This document shows positions 61,185 through 64,000 of a stretch of DNA of 64,000 bases, piece after piece. The first letter of the stretch is position 1. Each line of letters begins with the position of its first letter. The stretch covers positions 17,131-81,130 of the IMG/VR virus record IMGVR_UViG_3300005937_000003, one strand, 5' to 3'. The translations under genes and the position numbers were made by a program. This DNA comes from a virus (taxonomy: Duplodnaviria > Caudoviricetes). The notes beneath the pieces are model-generated. The model saw only the letters and a program-made list of their open reading frames with translations, searched no databases and was not told the DNA's origin.

Positions 61185-62690
61185 TCAGATCGGGTCCAGC
61201 CAGAAGCCGCGACACGAGATGTAGCGGTCGTGCGCCCAGTTGTTGCCCACCGCCGTCGCGTTCCAGTCCCAGGCGGGCACCAGCAGGCGGTACTGGATGC
61301 TCATCGAGCCGTTCCAGTAGAAGTCGAAGTGGAAGCCCTGGCCCTGATACCACGACTTGGCCTGGAAGCTGGTGGGGATGCTGTAGACGGCCACGTACTT
61401 CTCGCCGCCCGCGATCAGCGTCTGGTCGGTGCGCGTGGTGTCGCACACGTCGTTGCGATAGGCGTAGATGTACGGGTTGGTGTACGCGTTGGAGTCGATG
61501 GCCACACACGGCGTGACGCGGTAGTTCCTCGCCCCGTAGCCGAACTTCTGAATCGTCGGAGTAAAGTTGATGTTGACCTCGATGGGCGGCCCCTGCGCGG
61601 TGTAGTTCGAGCCTGGGATCTGGCGGTAGTAGCCCTGTGGCTTGGGCAGCCACTGGCTGATGTTGTAGCCATAGCCGCCGAAGGCCGCCGTGTTGACCAC
61701 CGCGTCGAAGATCGTCGGGTCTTGCCACTCGACCCACCAGCCCGCGAACCAGATCGGGTTCGACTGCAGCGAGCGGAAGCGAATCTGCGTCGAGCCGACG
61801 TTCTCGGAGCCGTTCCACCAGCGCTCCAGCACAGGCCACACGCCGCCCGCAGGCGACAGTGCTGCCGCCGACGTCCAGTCGGTCTGGGCGGCGTAGCCCG
61901 CGCTGTAGGTGTTCGGGTCGCTGTCGCTGTAGTAGGTCTTGCTGGTGATGACGCTGCCGTTCCACTGGTCGATGGACCCCATCGTGAGATGCCCAGTGAT
62001 GCCCGTCCCGATACGCAGGACGGGGCGGAAGCGGTAGCTGCCCGCGCCGTTGAACAGCATGCTCGACAGCGGGTAGCCCACCTCCTGGCCGTTGGACGTC
62101 AGCTTCCACGTGTAGGCCTCGCGCAGGTCGCGGGTGGGCGTGCCCGCGTAGCTGACGATGGGCACCTCGCCCACGCTGCGGTTGGCAGGTAGGGTTGGCT
62201 GGGCTGGCTCGTCCACCCACATGCCGTACAGGTACAGACGAAAGGCGCTGGCCGACGAGTCGGTGCGCTGGATCTCGTAGCCGAAGTTGCTGCCCGTCTC
62301 CTGGCGGAACATCACTTCAGGCACGCCTGCCACGGGGGCGCTGGTGTTGAGCGACACCTGCGATTGCAGGAAGCTGGTGTACGTCTCGCCCACGCCCAGA
62401 CCATTGCGGTCGTAGGCGCGGATGTTGCCGACCACCGTCGCGGCGCCCGCATTGCCCTCCCAGCACGGCCGTACGCGGTAGATCTTGCCCGCCTGGCAGT
62501 AGCCCATCGGGTTGATCGGAAGCTCGGCCTTCGAGGCGCTGGACGCCGCTGGCAGGATGTTGACCGCGTTCCATCTGCTGTTGTCGTAGGCGGCCGCGCC
62601 ACTCAAGATGGCGCTCAGCCTGGTGTAGCTGCCCGTCACCTGGGGCGTGACCTCGGCCTCCTCGGGCCGCATCAGCACGGCGTCGATCAC
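61185..62690 (-). CDS. Structural protein of three tandem beta-sandwich domains (501 aa)
   Basis: GTG overlaps the upstream TGA, with GGGAG RBS; YRVRPC/YRFRPV/YRVTPC and GMWVD/GWWVE/GFWLD recur three times. Confidence 0.7.
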   Translation of the reverse strand: MIDAVLMRPEEAEVTPQVTGSYTRLSAILSGAAAYDNSRWNAVNILPAASSASKAELPINPMGYCQAGKIYRVRPCWEGNAGAATVVGNIRAYDRNGLGVGETYTSFLQSQVSLNTSAPVAGVPEVMFRQETGSNFGYEIQRTDSSASAFRLYLYGMWVDEPAQPTLPANRSVGEVPIVSYAGTPTRDLREAYTWKLTSNGQEVGYPLSSMLFNGAGSYRFRPVLRIGTGITGHLTMGSIDQWNGSVITSKTYYSDSDPNTYSAGYAAQTDWTSAAALSPAGGVWPVLERWWNGSENVGSTQIRFRSLQSNPIWFAGWWVEWQDPTIFDAVVNTAAFGGYGYNISQWLPKPQGYYRQIPGSNYTAQGPPIEVNINFTPTIQKFGYGARNYRVTPCVAIDSNAYTNPYIYAYRNDVCDTTRTDQTLIAGGEKYVAVYSIPTSFQAKSWYQGQGFHFDFYWNGSMSIQYRLLVPAWDWNATAVGNNWAHDRYISCRGFWLDPI

Positions 62691-64000
62691 GGGCGGACTC
62701 CCCACGGTCGGTTGGATTGCTCCTCGGTCAGGCCAGTCGCGTACACGATCCACTTGTCGGGCGTGATCACGCCGTCCTCGAAGTCGTCGGTGAAGGCGCC
62801 CAGCGTGGGCGGCTTGGGTGAGCGAGCGTTGGCCACTGCCCCGCCCGCCGCTGCACCCACGAGATCCACCTTCCACGTGGTGCCCAGACCCTTGGCATAG
62901 TGCTCGTTGATCTCGGTGGTGGTCAGCGCTCGGTTGTAGGCGGCCACGTCATCGAGGTAACCCGCACGGTAATAGTTGCTCGGTGAGCCGCTGGGCCTGA
63001 AGCCGAAGTTGATCGGGTAGTTCGAGCCGATGGCGAAGCCCGCGCCTGGCGCGTAGTCGCCGCCGCGCTGGACGCCGTTGATGTAGCAGCGCATCACCCC
63101 GCCGCCTGGCTGGCGCGACACAACCACGTGATTCCACACGTTCGCCACGAGGAAGTCGCCCGAGTTGATGCCGCCAGGTGCGGGTGCGCCCGCACCTGCG
63201 TTGATCCAGACGTTGGCCGCCGTGCCCCACTGCCAGATATGCAGGCCCCAGTTGGTGGCGTCGCCATACTCGATGATCGGGCCTGTCGCCAGCGTGGTCT
63301 GATAGACCCACATCTCCCAGGTCCACGGGCCAGTGCCGAAGTTCAGATCGACGGCGATGACCGACGCGGTGATCTTGGCCGTCGTGCCGTTGTAGTAGAC
63401 GGCGTGGCTGGACGCGCTGCCAACGCCGCCCACGTTGTAGGTCATGTTCGTCTCAAGCAGCGTGTGTCCGCGCCCCGTCGCGTCCATCGCGTTGCCCACC
63501 ACCTCCTCGTCCAGGCGCCAGTAGGCGACCAGGCCTGGTGTACGGTCCACCGCCGCGCTGTAGTTGTCGCGCACCTTGCGGCCAATGCGGTAGTGGCTCT
63601 GGATGGTCGCGTCCGCGAGGTTGGTGTTGTAGATGGCCACCTCGTCAATCTGCCCATCGACGGTGAAGGCGCTGGCGGTGTTGCGGCCGATCTGGAACAT
63701 GGCCCCCGTTGGGTTGTTGATCGTGCCGTAGGCGCCCGTGCGCCCGCAGTCCTCGCCGTCGATCATGACCAGGCCTGAGCCGCCCGAGTGGTAGACGCCC
63801 ACCACGTGGTGCCAAACGCCCGTCTGCATCAGGCGCTTGGGTGCGGTCTGGATCACGTTCCACGTGTTGCTGTAGACGAAGAACTGCACGGAACCGTCCG
63901 CAGCGCACTCAAGGGTGAAGCCGCCGACATTCGAGGCGTCGCGGCGGTTCACCAGGCTGAAGCCATTCCCCCAGGCATCCGCCTTGACCCAGGCCTCCAC
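62687..64000 (-). CDS. LamG/concanavalin-like tail protein (5' partial)
   Basis: Two Laminin_G_3-type domains: WHHVVGVY...IDEVAIY and LVAYWRLDE...WNHVVV...LDDVAAYNRAL. Confidence 0.88.
   Translation of the reverse strand: MEAWVKADAWGNGFSLVNRRDASNVGGFTLECAADGSVQFFVYSNTWNVIQTAPKRLMQTGVWHHVVGVYHSGGSGLVMIDGEDCGRTGAYGTINNPTGAMFQIGRNTASAFTVDGQIDEVAIYNTNLADATIQSHYRIGRKVRDNYSAAVDRTPGLVAYWRLDEEVVGNAMDATGRGHTLLETNMTYNVGGVGSASSHAVYYNGTTAKITASVIAVDLNFGTGPWTWEMWVYQTTLATGPIIEYGDATNWGLHIWQWGTAANVWINAGAGAPAPGGINSGDFLVANVWNHVVVSRQPGGGVMRCYINGVQRGGDYAPGAGFAIGSNYPINFGFRPSGSPSNYYRAGYLDDVAAYNRALTTTEINEHYAKGLGTTWKVDLVGAAAGGAVANARSPKPPTLGAFTDDFEDGVITPDKWIVYATGLTEEQSNRPWGVRP

Noticed and set aside
55008-64000. Diversity-generating retroelement or invertible shufflon acting on tail genes
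   Set aside because: I saw no reverse transcriptase, invertase, adenine-variable repeat pair or inverted crossover sites in the window

Overview
High-GC (roughly 70%) tailed-phage DNA, almost all coding on the minus strand. No host genes, CRISPR array, reverse transcriptase or integrase are recognisable. Reading in the direction of transcription (64 kb towards 1): (1) baseplate and tail-fibre genes of a contractile-tailed myovirus (LamG proteins, DUF2634-, baseplate J- and DUF2313-like proteins, fibre); (2) a small lysis-like block; (3) an early region of about 12 kb built from repeated promoter-plus-gene cassettes; (4) a ParB/Toprim cluster, HTH regulator, Rad52-like recombinase, NADAR, initiator with internal origin, DnaB and VRR-NUC; (5) many small Cys-rich or membrane ORFs; (6) TerS-like protein, TerL and portal; (7) iron-permease-like protein, Nudix, tRNA-Cys and a counter-oriented Flp pilin-like gene; (8) a 2621-aa MuF polyvalent protein, an Rpf-like transglycosylase and a candidate structured ncRNA; (9) prohead protease, decoration protein and major capsid. 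Leaderless promoters, PTATP-rich proteins, the Rpf partner domain and the pilin suggest a Chloroflexota host, or possibly Actinomycetota (inference). The strongest signals are the 16-copy 20-bp dyad TGTCACC-N6-GGTGACA fused to sigma70 promoters, the giant MuF protein carrying protease, SH3-array, kinase-like and ART-like domains, an ADP-ribose toolkit (two ART-like domains, NADAR, Nudix), the Flp pilin mimic, and a tail lectin domain that appears split by a 1557-bp insertion. All family calls are by eye from motifs; no searches were run. Many start codons were re-picked from RBS, -10 box or stop/start overlap, so they differ from the ORF track.
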